Positions 13,386-29,535 are shown, numbered from the stretch's first letter. The stretch: 64,000 bases of DNA from the human T2T-CHM13v2.0 reference genome, Homo sapiens (GCF_009914755.1 NC_060930.1), one strand, 5' to 3'. A program made the numbers and translations. Notes: generated by a model from the letters alone, not told the origin.

Positions 13386-13991
13386 TTAGGTTGAAGGTGG
13401 AATTTAACATTGATTTAAAAAAAATAATAGTAGGAAAAAATAAATGCGGTTTGAGTCCAAAGCAGCATTTTTCACTAATTTTATGAAGGAAGTCCTTTTG
13501 AGTAATGTCTTAAATTAGGAAAATGGCGTACTTTTACATGTTAGACATTAAACTCTAGGGCAGATAACCATGCCCTGTGTGTTGTGTATCAAGCTTAGCA
13601 TATACATAGGAAAAGATGTATTGTGAGAGTGTCTTACATTTCGTTGGTTTGGTCATAAAGTTTATAGAAAATGCTTGTTTTATAGTTGGTTGTTATTGAG
13701 ATGAGAGTCCCTCAAGGAACTCCCTATGCTTTAGGGAGCTTTTTGTTTTAAACCTACTGGTTAGACTTGTGGGTTTTAATGTTTTCAGCTGTGGTTGTAA
13801 GAAACACATTTTAAATTGCACCTAGTATAGACATACATGTAAAACAAACAAAATTTTTACGAAGTAGTACTTGTATTAAGAGTGATGTACTCTGCTATCT
13901 TCTATTTCATTTTTTTAAAGTTGATATTGCTGCCTTAAATTGATTTTTTCAACCACTAATGAGTCAGGACCCACTATTTAAAAAATACTGG

Positions 13992-14380
13992 TGTGTTCTC
14001 TTGCTGTTACGAATTAACCCAAAACTTAGTGGTTTAAAGCAATAAACTTGTGTTTATCTCATGTAGGTTCTGTGGGTCAGGAATCTGGGAGTAGCTTACT
14101 TAGGTGGTTCTGGGTCAGGGTTTTTCATGAGGTTCCAAGGTGGCTCTCATTTGGCAAGTCAGCTATGGCTGATGGTGGAAGTTCTTCATTGGACTGCTTG
14201 AGTGTCCTCAAGCAGTGGCGAAGGCTAGCTACCCGCAGAGTAGGTGATTCAAGCAAGAGCAGAGAGGAGGCCACACACCATCACTTCTGCCATATTCTAT
14301 TAAAAAGAAGTCACTTAAGTCCAGCCCAAACTCAGGGGATGAGTATCAAAGAATTATGGACATAGTTTAATAGCTGCCAC
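13992..14380 (-). mobile_element. MLT1-family LTR
   Basis: cccaaaacttagtggtttaaagcaa...ggttctgtgggtcaggaatctgg...ctgccatattctatt. Confidence 0.7.
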
Positions 14381-14399
14381 ATTTATATGTTTTTCCACT

Positions 14400-14752
<353 letters not shown>

Positions 14753-15444
14753 TGAAATCAACCTATAAGTAATTATCTTAGTTAATTAAGTCAGTTTTTT
14801 TCTCTGAGGGCATCTAGTCACACTTCCTTCTCAGTCTTCAATTTGAAAAAGCAGGCTCAAAGAATTTAAGTAATTAAGCAGCCCAAGGTCATTCAGTCTA
14901 GGAAAACCTCACAAATTTTCTCTGACCTTTGTCATGAATAACATGTGAGCTGATAAAGATGAGAAAATTAAGAAGTTACACTGTAGAACTGTTCGCCAGT
15001 CTTCTAGTTTGCAGACCTCCATATTATAATACACTTTAAAATTCAGATAATGCTTGGTGTCTAGATTCCTCATACTAGCACCCCTCCTGTTCATTTTTAG
15101 AGGAAACAGGAAATGTACTTATTAAATGAATTCAAACTACTTTGAATAGACCATTCCAGATGCTGCCTGTATACTCACTATGAGATGTACTGTGCAAACT
15201 AATTCCAATTAGCACATTTTGAGAACCCAAAAGGATGTTGTGACTTAAAGATGATGAGAATTTAAGTGTAAAGAAGACTACACTTCTTTATGCTGTGAAA
15301 TTTTCATAGAAATTTTGGATCTGGAAGGATTTTGTTCTAAGACTAGTTTTAGCTTAGTGATAAAAGGAATAGGATGACATTGGTAGTGAGCGAAGGCAGG
15401 ATAAATTTCTAAAGACTTCCTTAAAAATTTTTTTAATCCATTAG

Positions 15445-15829
<385 letters not shown>

Positions 15830-16342
15830 GGATAATGGCTACTTAAATCATTTTTCAGTTTTCCCTTACCACTATGATTCCTGACTGTTTCTATTCTGAC
15901 CTAAAGTACTGTTTGTACACAATTAATTTTGATTACCCTTTTTGCTTGTTACTTGTCTCCCTATATCTTGTATCTCTCACTCTCACTGTAAGCTCCCTGA
16001 GGGCAGGTACTTCTTTTTATGTACACTCCTGGTACTCAATTGCTTGCAGAATTGAGTTGAATTTGTAGTTAAAGGATCTAAGATGATCATTTTCCCACTC
16101 GAACTGAGTGAAAAAGGTGTTTATTGTTGCAGAAAACATCTGCGTATAGGTATTGGATGCTAGTGGTGCATATATGAATACCTATCTCTGCTCTTCAGGT
16201 GGTCACAGTCCACTGGGGGAGAAAAACACAGATACTTAGTACAATTTATTCTATACTGCAGATGTGCAGAGTGCTGTGGGTATGTAGATAACTTTAAGCT
16301 GAATCTTGGTCGGTGAGCAGGTGTTCAGAAGATAGACTTAGT

Positions 16343-16643
16343 GGCCAAGTGCGGTGGCTCACGCCTGTAACCCCAGCACTTTGGGAGGCCGAGGCGGGTG
16401 GATCACTTGAGGTAAGGAGATCGAGACCATCCTGGCCAACATGGTGAAACCCCGTCTCTACTAAAAATACAAAAATTAGCTGGGCGTGGTGGTGCATGCC
16501 TGTAATCCCAGCTACTCGGGAGGCTGAGGCAGGAGAAGCGTTTGAACCAGGGAGTTGGAGGGTTGCAGTGAGCCGAGATGTTGCCACTGCACTCTAGCCT
16601 GGTGACAGAGCGAGGCTCTGTATCAAAAAAAAAAAAAAAAAAA
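16343..16643 (+). mobile_element. AluS
   Basis: TSD aagatagacttagt. Confidence 0.9.
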
Positions 16644-16814
16644 AGATAGACTTAGTTTTGTGATGTGCTTTGGGGGTGGTGCATTTCTTAGCTTCATTCC
16701 TTTACTATACATCTCCCTTGAATTATTTTCCTTTTATCGTTGGTGAGTTACCATCATAATTTAATAAATTGTTTCCTTCTGTGACATGTACATTCTTGTC
16801 ACATCATTTCTCTA

Positions 16815-16958
16815 GAACTGTGCTGTCCAGTTCAACTCAGTGTCACACTAGCCATGTGTGCTGAGTAGCCACCTGTGGCTAGAGGCTACCATATTTGGGC
16901 AGCACAGATAATATAAAACATTTCTATTATTGGAGAAAGTTCAGTTGGACATCACTGC
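16815..16958. mobile_element. MER3-like hAT element
   Basis: ctgtgctgtcca...tagccacctgtggctag...gaaagttcagttggacatcactg. Confidence 0.65.
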
Positions 16959-17112
16959 TCTAGAATCATGTTTTGCTTCTCCCTATTTTCACGTTATCAA
17001 TAGTGTATTGAGTTCAGAATAGAATTAGGAAACAATAGCCTCCTGATATTGTCATTGGGAGGGATAGAGTGGTTGATATTTATGAACAGAGGGGGGAGAG
17101 TGTAGTGTTTGG

Positions 17113-17315
17113 TAGTGGTTGAGAATATAGCCTTTGGAATCAGATCTGGGTTGGAATTATGGTCCGTCCCTTACACACTGTATGGCTTCGGGCATGTTAC
17201 TGAACCTCTGAGCCTCAAGTTTTCCTTCTCAAATAGGGTTAATAGTAATTATCTCATAACATTGGGTGAACATAAAAACAGGAGGGGGGCCGTAGCACAG
17301 TACCTCAGTAAATGA
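17113..17315 (+). mobile_element. MIR
   Basis: ctttggaatcagatctgggtt...gttactgaacctctgagcctca core. Confidence 0.6.
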
Positions 17316-17384
17316 TAAAATCGGTATATTTTTGAAATCATCACTGATTTAAAAAAAAACCTTAGAATTATGTAGTAAAAGTGA

Positions 17385-17690
17385 CTTTTTTTTTTCAGTA
17401 TACCGTTCTGTGATTTTTAACATAGTATTTATTTGTTGTAATCACCAACACGAGAATATAGGCCAGGTCTATCACTTTATTTTGCTGTCTTTATAGACCT
17501 GTGCTGTTTCCACCCCTAACCCCTGGCTGTCACCGATCTGTTGTCCATCACTATAGTTTTACCTTTTCTAGGATGTTACATAAATGGAATTACACAGTAT
17601 GTCGCCTTTGCACACTGGCTTCCTTTACCCAGCCAGATTGGGTTGAGAGCGATTTGTCCAAGTTGTTACATCTATCAGTCGTTGAAAACT
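17385..17690 (-). mobile_element. L1M 3' fragment
   Basis: cccctaacccctggc...cactatagttttaccttttctagg...cataaatggaat. Confidence 0.6.
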
Positions 17691-18001
17691 GATCTTTAAA
17701 GACATTTTAATTTTGAATCATTATTTCCTAAACGTGAATCTGAATTCCTTAACAGTTCTTCAAGTAGTGTTTGGCTCAGGATTTTTGTGTTTAAAAGTAA
17801 AATAAATGGTAAAATATATAGGGAAAAATTACTGCTTCCACCTGATTGGTAAAAACCATGTGTGACATTAACATGCTTTTCTTTAGGGAAGGTTCTTGTT
17901 TTTAGTAGTTGATCCATATTAAAGCTCTGTAGAGTTGCCACAAAGTCCAGAGTTGAAAAAGGTGGCTGTTAAAATATCAGTTTCTAAAATGTGGCCGAAG
18001 A

Positions 18002-18492
<491 letters not shown>

Positions 18493-18846
18493 CTAATCTT
18501 AATTGCCTTTGGGTGCTTAGAGTCAAATCTCTAAGGTAACCAGAACCCAAACCACATGAGGTTTTTTAGATTAAGATCAGCACCTTGAATTTAAGGTTTT
18601 GTGGCTAGAGGTTTAGATTTGATTGGAATTACATCGTTAATTTTTGTTAAATTGTTGAATAAGCAACTTCCCAAGCCTTGTGTGTAGAAGCTAGATTAAA
18701 AGTCAAGTTTCTACTTAACCAGAATCTCTGTTTTGAGTTTTTAAATTCAACTGGTGATGTCTAAATCTTAAGGATATTGTAAGTTCCTTAACTAGTCTGT
18801 TCCATTTTCCTGAGTTTTCACATCACCTCTCTACCTCTTGTGTAGA

Positions 18847-19142
18847 TTTTATTTTTTATTTTGAAACGGATTTTCGCTCTTGTTGCCCAGGCTGGAGTGC
18901 AGTGGCACCATCTCGGCTCCGCAACCTCTGCCTCCTGGGTTCAAGCGATTCTCCTCCCTCAGCCTCCTGAGTAGCTGGGTTTACAGGCACATGCCAGCGC
19001 ACCTGGCTAATTTAGTATTTTTAGTAGAGACGGGGTTTCTCCATGTTGGTCAGGCTGGTCTCAATTTCCGGACCTCAGGTGATTTACCCGCCTCTGCCTC
19101 CCAAAGTGCTGGAATTACAGGCATAAGCCACCACGCCCAGCC
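18847..19142 (-). mobile_element. AluSp/Sq-like
   Basis: Alu consensus. Confidence 0.9.
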
Positions 19143-19378
19143 CTAGATTTCTTTATAGAGCATCTGTCTATAAGCAGATTACTTAGTTTTCCTGATGTCT
19201 TCATTGGAATGTAAGCTTTGTGAAAGCCAGGGGCCCTATGTGTCATCTTTACCACTATGTCTTAGATCTTAGAGCAGCCCATCATAAGTTCTAATAAGTA
19301 ATTGTGGAATTGGATGAGAAAATGAATATGAGTCAGTTTTACAATGCTGCATGCTTCCCAGATTATTTTAACAGTCTA

Positions 19379-20069
<691 letters not shown>

Positions 20070-20389
20070 TTGTTTCATTAACCCTCTATGAGGGAAGGGA
20101 ATTTAGAATGGTGACATTAAACCTTCCTTTAAAATGGCAATTCAGAACCAGTGGAGAGAGCTGAAAGTGAGAGTAGATTTGGATTTGGAAAAATTCCCTC
20201 TACTTCTCATACACATCACCTTCTCCCAACACAGGCACTTTGTAAAGGCATAGAGCAGGGTCTGAGGAGATTGGGTTGGTGAAAGAGAGAACTGAGTCAC
20301 TTGAGATTAGTACTTGGTAAGCAAGAGAGTGCTAATGAATTATTTAAAATCTGTGTAACCTGAGTGTAAACCAATACATAGACTAAGTT

Positions 20390-20578
20390 AGTGCTTCTCA
20401 GAGCTTAGGGAGCATAGGAGTCTCCTGGAGAATTAGAAGAAACAGATTTTCCTAGCTCCGGCCCCAGACGTTCTGATTTAGTGTGGTGTAGAACTCAGGA
20501 GTTAGTAATATTAATGGACAGTCTTGAGTATTTGCTGATGCAACTGGTCTGAGGACCATACTTTGGAAGACCTGCTTT
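20390..20578. mobile_element. MER5A-like hAT element
   Basis: agtgcttctca...ccccagacgttctgatttagt...ggaccatacttt. Confidence 0.65.
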
Positions 20579-20964
20579 AGATAGTAGACAGGACAGTAAT
20601 TTAAAATAGGCAAATATGGTTTATTTTTAAAATGGTAAAACTAGAAAGATACTGATTTTATGTGTTTAAAAAAAAAAAGTCTGCATCTGACTGCTATGGT
20701 TATCCAAGAAGGCACCCCAGAATACCTGTTGGCCACCGCTGTTTGGTATATGCAAAAATGTGTAGTTTTTAAAAGAGTCTTTTTGGGCTTGCACTGAGGA
20801 GCCACCCTATTTTATACAGTCAAAATATTGCTATATTTAAGTTAACCATTCTGTTCCAGTGCAGGATTCAGTAACATCTATTCTGTAAGTTTCAGTTGTG
20901 ATATTTCTTAAAGATTCAAAGATGGATCCTGGGAATTTGATTTAGCCTCCATTTCATCTGGGAG

Positions 20965-21180
20965 TTAATCCTCACAGCAACCCTGTGAGATAGGTTAATA
21001 ATTAAACCCTCCTATTCACACATATTTCATTAATCCTTACAGCAACCTGAGAGATAGTTTAATAATTAAACCTACTCCACAGATGAGGAAACTGAGGCCC
21101 AAGAGGTTCAGTGATTCGCCCAAGGTTATAACAGCAAGAATTGGTGGTGAAACAAGAATTCAAATCCAGATTGGTCTTAA
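20965..21180 (-). mobile_element. MIR with an internal tandem duplication
   Basis: acagatgaggaaactgaggcccaagaggtt...cccaaggt core. Confidence 0.7.
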
Positions 21181-22692
21181 TAGTGAGCTCTCATGTGTGA
21201 TAGAAATTAGATACCACTTTGAGGACTTTGGGAGCCAGTGGTGAATGTACTTACTTTAGGCTCTAAATACTCTGTGTAATTTCTTGGTCATTTTGTTCTT
21301 AGAGAGGTGGTGATCTTAATAAAGTTTTGACTTTATTAAGTAATTAAAAGTTTTTACTTATGTTACAACTAAAACAATTCTTTAAAACTTTCATAACTTG
21401 AAGTTTTAAATCCTAAAATTAGTTGAAAAAGATGTAATTGCCAGTGTATCATAAATACTGGTATTTTAAAATAAAGCTGCTTTATCACTTTTAAGGAAAG
21501 CCCTTGTAATTTAGTGCATTGTAATAGTGTATTGAGCTGATGTCCACCATGATCCATGTAAACATAGGTGAACTATGCAAATACAAGTTTTTCTTCTTGA
21601 AAATGTTACATTTCCTCTACAACACTTTATGCTAATAAATGTTTATGAACCTCTTTTGATGATCCTTTCATTTCTTGTAAATTTTTGTATATAACTTGAA
21701 ATGTTTAATTTGCTGTAATCATAAGGCATCAAATGTTCATGGTTTTTTTCTGGACTATTTTCACATTGTTAGTACTGATTAGTTGACCAAAACAGCAAAT
21801 TGCATACATTGATACTTGCAGTAAAATTTCACTGGAATTGTACCTCCTAAAAAAAATGGGAGAAAACATAATGGCTTCAATTAAAGGAGGCTGCATTTAC
21901 CAATCTTCCAAATTGTCCTTTTTTGTTTTTGTGGCTTCCCAAAAGTGTTGACAAATAGGTTTAATGTATTTAAAGGTTATTGAATGTAGTGGACCAAACT
22001 ATTGAGGATAGGTGAGAGACGCCGCTTCTGTAAGTGTGATAAGGGAAGATGGGAAGAGCAGGATACACTGCAGGTGTGCACACAGGTATGTTGATTTTAT
22101 GAAAATTGGAACTTGATCTAGGAAGCAATTTTTAAAGTTATTTTGAGACAGGGTTGCTGGCCTCAAGCAGTGCTCCCACCCTGACCTCCCAAAGTGCTGG
22201 GATTACAGGCGTGAGCCACCATGCACATCCTAAAAAGCAATTCTTGGACTATCTGTGCCTATATGCTCCTTGGAGAGTTTTTGTGGGTACCCTTGGCATA
22301 CAGGTAGGTACCTCAAATGGAAGACAGCTACTGAAGAACTCTCGCTGGAAGACATCAGATGTTTATCCTAGCACTGTTAACTGCAGATAAATATGTCCAT
22401 CAGTTAGTACAGATGAATGTATTCTCTTGGTATAATACTGTGTAGCAGTTAAGTGAGTTGCAAAACGAAAGGATATGTGTGAAAAAAAAGTTGACAGGTG
22501 AGGACTATAGTGGGGCATCGGGTTATGCATAAAAGTAAGGCAATGAAGGTAAAGATTTGATTTTTAAATGTTGTCAACCCAAGGAGGTAAATATGTAGAT
22601 GTTAAATTCTTTGTGCTTGGTATTTTTTAAATTTCCCCAAAATATCTCTGGAACAAACATCTGTGGGAAGAATATTGTGACTAACTTGGTGA

Positions 22693-23127
<435 letters not shown>

Positions 23128-23365
23128 CTGTATATATTGATTTAAACACTTCAGTTCCTGTATGATTCTCTTAGCCAGGGCCATGATGGGATTCCCTGGG
23201 GATAGGTTAAGTTGTGGTGTCTAAAACCTAAGTCCTGTGACTTTAAGAAGTATCTGCCAAGATTTGCCAAGATTTCCTAGATGCTAGTTTTCCAAAGTTC
23301 TTAACTGAAATATTTACCTTTTGAATTGTCAGTGATGTAGATACAAACACTAGATTCTTCATAAT

Positions 23366-23371
23366 TTTATT
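23366..23371 (-). terminator. RMND1: Probable RMND1 polyadenylation signal AATAAA
   Basis: tttatt on the plus strand about 450 nt past the stop, followed on the minus strand by GTGTTTGT (GU-rich) at about 23350-23343. Confidence 0.7.
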
Positions 23372-23447
23372 CACACGATATACTGGGCTGAAAAAGATAA
23401 TTTCTTGATTAAAAAAACACCTATTAAATGATCACCCAGTAGTGAAC

Positions 23448-23758
23448 ATTTATTTATTTATTTTATTGTTTATTTTTGAGACTGAGTCTCACTGTTGCCC
23501 TGGCTGGAGTGCAGTGGTGTGATCTTAGCTCACTGCAACCTCCGCCTCCCAAGTTCAAGAGATTCTCCTGCCTCAGCCTCCTGAGTAGCTGAGATGACGG
23601 GCGTGTGCCAACACACCTGGCTAATTTTGGTATTTTTAGTAGAGATGGGGTTTCACCATGTTGGCCAGGCTTGTCTTGAGCTCCTGATCTCATCTCAAGC
23701 CACCCTTCTTGGCCTCCGAAAGTGCTGGGATTACAGGCATGAGGCACCGCGCCGGGCC
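23448..23758 (-). mobile_element. AluS inside the RMND1 3' UTR (sense to the mRNA)
   Basis: Alu consensus with (AAAT)n tail; TSD gaacattta. Confidence 0.9.
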
Positions 23759-23823
23759 GAACATTTAATTTTTGATTGTAGAACTTGAATATCTCTTGCA
23801 GTGACACTTTGGTTATCACTTGA

Positions 23824-23856
23824 TCAGAAAAATACTCGTCCCAGCTCAAACATTAC
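23824..23856 (-). CDS. RMND1: RMND1 exon 12, coding part ([10 protein letters not shown])
   Basis: Acceptor TTCTAAG|GTA, 10 codons, then TGA at 23826-23824. Confidence 0.95.
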   Translation of the reverse strand, partial: VMFELGRVFF

Positions 23857-24284
23857 CTTAGAATAGAAAGTGAGAATTATTTCATGACGGGCAAATTATG
23901 GGTACAAACTAAAATGACTTCCAAGATTGTGATTAATGAGAAATGCTCCTGAAGTAAGGTAAATGTTTGCCCTTTCTCACGTGGCAACCTATGAATTGGA
24001 GGTACGGGTGCTTGATTTGATGTTGAGCTGTACATTATAAATTTACAGCTAGAACTTTTTCCAAATGCTGTCTTTAAAAGCAGAACCTTGAGGTCTACTC
24101 TCAAATTTTAAAAAGTGGAACCTTTTCAAGAATTACTTTTAATGCATTTGCAAATAGTAATTTGAAACTTCCAAATAGAGTTAGTAATGATAACAAAGTC
24201 AGCCTCTTTTCTGCTAATAATTTTCTATCTCAAACTATCTTATTAGCATAGCCCCTGTATTTGTGAAAAGATGGTAACTGATCA

Positions 24285-24425
<141 letters not shown>

Positions 24426-24940
24426 CTATGTAAGAAAAATTTCAGTAACATGTATTTAAACAATTTAATACGGTCATACACATAAAAATTCTATAGCTAT
24501 ACAGTGAAAAATCCTGCTCCTCAGTCCTCTCCCCAAAGGCAGCCACCAACATTATCAGTTTCTTGTGAATCCGTCCAGAGACATTTTGTAATGTACAAAT
24601 TTAACTGCAAGAAATACTTTGCATACTGAAGCTCTTCTATTTGTAAGATTTTGATGGAAGAACTAAAAATAGGTTTTTGAGTCCTAGTTTTTAGTAGCTG
24701 CCCTTTTTAGCAGTTAAAAGAGGCAAACTTGAAACATAATGTTTTTTAGCAAGACCTAAAGATAATTTACTTTCTACTAGAAAATCTACGCTTAACATTT
24801 GACCTGCTGTACACACACCACTAGATGGCATTGCTTTCAACTGAACTGCAACAGTTCTGCATTCCGATGCCTCCAAACAAGCTGGCTGTGGGGGTTCAAA
24901 GAAAATAAAGTCCCTGAATTCAAAATTTGGATGTGACAAC

Positions 24941-25237
24941 TTTTTTTTTTGTTGTTGTTGTTGTTTTTTGGGATGGAGTCTCCCTCTGTCGCCCAGGCTG
25001 GAGTGTAATGGCGGATCTCGGCTCACTGCAAGCTCTGCCTCCTGGGATCACGCCATTCTCCTGCCTCAGCCTCCCAAATAGCTGGGACTACAGGTGCCCG
25101 CCACCACGCCCGGCTAATTTTTGTATTTTTAGTAGAGATGATGTTAGCCAGGATGGTCTCGATCTCCTGACCTTGTGATCCGCCCGCCTCGGCCTCCCAA
25201 AGTGCTGGGATTACAGGCGTGAGCCACCGTGCCAGGC
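24941..25237 (-). mobile_element. AluY
   Basis: TSD tggatgtga.aact. Confidence 0.9.
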
Positions 25238-25466
25238 CTGGATGTGATAACTGTTAAATACCTACCTAATATCTTTATATATCACTTGCTACTGGAAATC
25301 CTGAAAGCAAAATTTTAAAACAGTTTGTCTCATGGGTATGCTGAAGTTACAGGTTTGGTCAGTGAACATTAAGAGATGAATCACAGGTACGTGTTCAGGG
25401 GTTGATTGGAATGCGTTAACTGCACCATGTTACGATTTTTGCACATAGCATTAAACTGCCTTACTA

Positions 25467-27065
25467 GGCTGGGCTCGGTGGCTTATGCCTGTAATCCTAG
25501 CATTTTGGGAGGCTGAGGCAGGAGGCGCACTTGAGCTCAGGAGTTGGAGACCAGCCTGGGCAACACAGTGAAACCCTGTCTCTACAAAAAAATTAGCCAG
25601 GCATGGTGGTGTGTGCCTGTAGTTCTAGCTACTTGGCAGGGATGAGGTGGGAGGATTGCTTGAGCTCAGGTGGTCAAGGCTGCAATGAGCCAAGATCATG
25701 CCACTGCACTCCAGCCTGGGTGCCAAAGTGAGATCCTGTCTCCAAAAAAAAACTGTCTTACTCACAGAACCACAGGACTAACTGACTGAACCACACTCCA
25801 CCATTTGCCCCTATTTCCAGGCGTTATGGTCACCCTGTAGTTTCTAATCTGTATAGATGTGTAGAGCATGCCTCTTCCCTCTTCCTTTCCCCTCCCTGTT
25901 TTCCTTTCCTCTTGCCCTTTCTTAATGTCTGTTTCTATTGGCTGCTTGATCTTGGTCTTTAATGTTCATCCTTAAGCTTGCTTCTCTCTTCAGACTACTG
26001 ATTCAGCCTCTTGCATTTTCTTTCAACTTGGGCCAAAAAACAGGCAACATTTTCTTCCTCCACTACCTCATCATCATCCAATTTATTCCTTTAGTTTATA
26101 TTACCACAACTCTCCTAAACGTCCCAAAGTCTATTATTAAGTCTAACAACTTAGCTTCGAACCTCAACCCAAGCATCTGACAACACACTGAAATGTGCAA
26201 GCAAGAGTCCCTATGGCCGGGTGCAGTGGCTCTTGCCTATAATCACAACACTTCGGGAGGCTGGGGCAGGAGGATCACGAGGTCAGGAGATCAAGACCAT
26301 CCTGGCTAACAGGGTAAAACCCCATCTCTACTAAAAATACAAAAAAATTATCCGGGTGTTGTGGCGGCCCCTGTTGTCCCAGCCAGTCAGGAGGCTGAGG
26401 CAGGAGAATAGTGTGAACCCAGCCGGGAGGTGGAGCTTGCAGTGAGCCAAGATCGCGCCACTGCACTCCAGCCTGGGCGACAGAGCGAGACTCCGTCACA
26501 CACACAAAAAAAAGTCACTATTACCACAGCATGCTTTCTATTTATTTAGGTATAGAGGCATGTACGCGTCGAGCATGCAGATTAAGGGAGCAAAGAAAAA
26601 ACCAGGAGAGGCTTCACAGAGGTAGGAAATGTGAATTAGGCTTTAAAAGGCAGTGGACATGAAGAAAAGGTGGGATGCTGGTGGGGTTATGGGGGGATGA
26701 AGGGAGCATGTCAAGCATAGGAAACAGCATACAGACAAGCATAGCTAGATTGTGGACAACCTAGAAGAAAGTGCTTGGAAGTGAGGTTAAGAAGGTAAGT
26801 CAGCTGGGGGCGGTGGCTCCCATCTGTAATCTCAGCATTTTGGGAGGCCAAGGCAGGCGGATCACTTGAGGTCAGTTTAAGACCAGCATGGCCAACATAG
26901 CGAAACCCCGTCTCTACTAAAAATAGAAAAATTAGCTGGGTGTGGTGGCAGGCACCTGTAATCCCAGCTATTTGGGAGGCTGAGGCAGGAGAATCACTTG
27001 AACCCAGGAGTCGGTGGTTGCAGTGAGCCAAGACCACGGCATTGAACTCCATCTCAGAAAAAAAG
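25467..27065 (+). mobile_element. Three plus-strand Alus (25467-25752, 26215-26512, 26803-27065)
   Basis: Alu consensus. Confidence 0.88.
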
Positions 27066-27104
27066 AAGTTAGTACCAGATTGTGAGAGGTACTGTGTACT
27101 ACAT

Positions 27105-27545
27105 ATGGTATAGGCAGAACCATGTCCCCCACCCCAAAGAGATTTATGTCCTAATTCTTGGAACCTGTGAATATAATATGGCAAAGGAGAATTAAGATTG
27201 TATAAGAAATTAAAGTTATTAATTAGCTGACCTTAAGATGAGATAATCCTAGATTATCTGGGTAAGCCCAATGTAATCACAAGGGTCCTTAAAAGTGGAA
27301 ATGCGGGGCAGAAGAGTTCAGAATGATACAATATGAGGATTCCACAGGCCTTTGCTAGATGGAGGAGGGGGCCATGAGCAAGGAATATGGGTGGCCTCCA
27401 GTCACTGGAAAAGGTGAGGAAATGGATTCCACTCGCAGTCTCCAAAGAGGAATCAACATCTTAACTTTAGGCCATGCCAGACTTCTGACCTACAGAACAG
27501 TAAGATGACAAATTTCTGTTAAGCAGCAGTAGGAAAGTAGCATGT
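27105..27545 (+). mobile_element. MLT1D-like LTR
   Basis: tcctaattcttggaacctgtgaatat...cccaatgtaatcacaagggtcctt...agacttctgacctacagaac. Confidence 0.75.
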
Positions 27546-28612
27546 CATGCTAGAATATCTGAACTTCATTCTGCAGGTAATGGGGAGGCCTTTGTTCAGT
27601 CTGGAAGTACTTGTTTTAACATTTACTGTACTACGCTGGGCAGAGGAGACAGAATGGTGAAATAGACATGTGTCTGTCTTGCAGCCAAAGGGTGCAGAGA
27701 GACTGGGAAAAGGTCCAGTCTGGAGACTGAGAGAGTCAAGAAGGAATCAGACAAGTCCAGGTGGGAAAGGAAGATGAGGGGCTGTGTGGATGAACATTAA
27801 TAGTTGGGGGCTTGAAGACGGGTCAGTATGGTATTCCCCTGTTTCACCAGCCTAGGGCCTATCATACAGGCTTTCAATAAATGTTTGCTAATGAATCCAT
27901 GATACTTAGAGGGAACTAAAAAGATTGTTTGACTGGATATGGAAGGTGAAGGAGAAAAAGGACACCCAGATGACTTTTAAGTTTCTGGTTGAATGACTAG
28001 ATAGGTGAGGCTAGAAGGTCCTCCCATGAGCTGAAATAGAGAACTGAAAAGGTTTACCATTTTCTGGGGTGGGGGGGAATTTCAAAAGTTTCATTTTGAA
28101 ATTTTAATCATTGACTAATTCTACAAATATTTCTTGCGGACATACTGTATGTGAGGCCTTTGCCAAGAACAGGCAAGAAAATAATCATGGTCTCCGATCT
28201 CATGGGGCTTACATTCTAGTGGAAAATGGTACACACAATTTTTAAAAGGATGCGATGAGATATGTAAATGAGGAAGATCTGTGAGATTGAGGGGCAACTG
28301 GAAAAGTCTGGAAGGCAGACAAGAGACTGGGATGAGAGAGACATTTGAAAATCCCCAGGAGAAGGTGGGATTAGAAGTCACGACAACAAACAAGTGTTCA
28401 CGGAGAAGGTGGCATGGGGACAGAAGCCTCAGCGACAGGACTTCAGGGGATACTGACGTGAGAAAATGGAGCGAGGGATCCACTGCCAACTAGTTTCTGT
28501 CCCATGACACTGTGTAACTGCTCTCTGCATCTGGACCTCTGTACTCAACTTTTTAGCATGTCTTATGCCTACTCACCCCTATTTTCTCAAGACCCTTTCT
28601 TCTACTTTTTGA

Positions 28613-28944
<332 letters not shown>

Positions 28945-29352
28945 TGTTCCATCTGTTTTCTTAGAAGACTGTAAAGCTGGCTGAAGGGCAGGACCAATTC
29001 TTACTTTTCTTTTGTATTATGTATAATGCCAGCACTATGCTGAGCCTAAGGCAGGGTGAACTCTCAACCCCTTCTAAATAACCTTGACATAATCCAACGA
29101 GTCTGAACTGCCTTCGGGATGCTGAGAAAAAACTCTGAGAAAGGTAGTTTGAGACCTTTTAGGTATGCTTCATAACTCATGCAGAAGACTTAACACCAAA
29201 AAAGATGTCCCACAGTGAGACTGGGGAATGAAATAAAGAACAATTACTTGCTCAGATTACTCCAATTGATTAATTAATATTATTCTGGAATAGTTGAATC
29301 ACTCAATTCAAACCTGAGTAATTCAAGTTTTGGGTGCTACTATAAACAGAAG

Positions 29353-29531
29353 TTTTAAAATTTCATTTTCCAATTGTGTATTTGCAGTATAACGAAAGAT
29401 AACCGTTTTTATACATTGATCTTGAGATCTTGATAAACTCACTTATTCTGGTAGCTTCTTTGTAGATTCTTTCAGGTCTTCTACATACAAGATCATACTG
29501 CCTGTAAATAAATTCAGTTCTAGTTCTTCCT
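29353..29531 (-). mobile_element. Old L1M ORF2 fragment
   Basis: Resembles antisense L1M ORF2 (ttgatcttg...aaactcacttatt...ttgtagattc...atcat), the RT FADD region. Confidence 0.6.
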
Positions 29532-29535
29532 GTAG

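Noticed and set aside
23463-23849. 128-aa ORF overlapping RMND1 exon 12
   Set aside because: Alternative frame that starts at TTG just after an in-frame TAA and is mostly Alu; not reachable by normal splicing
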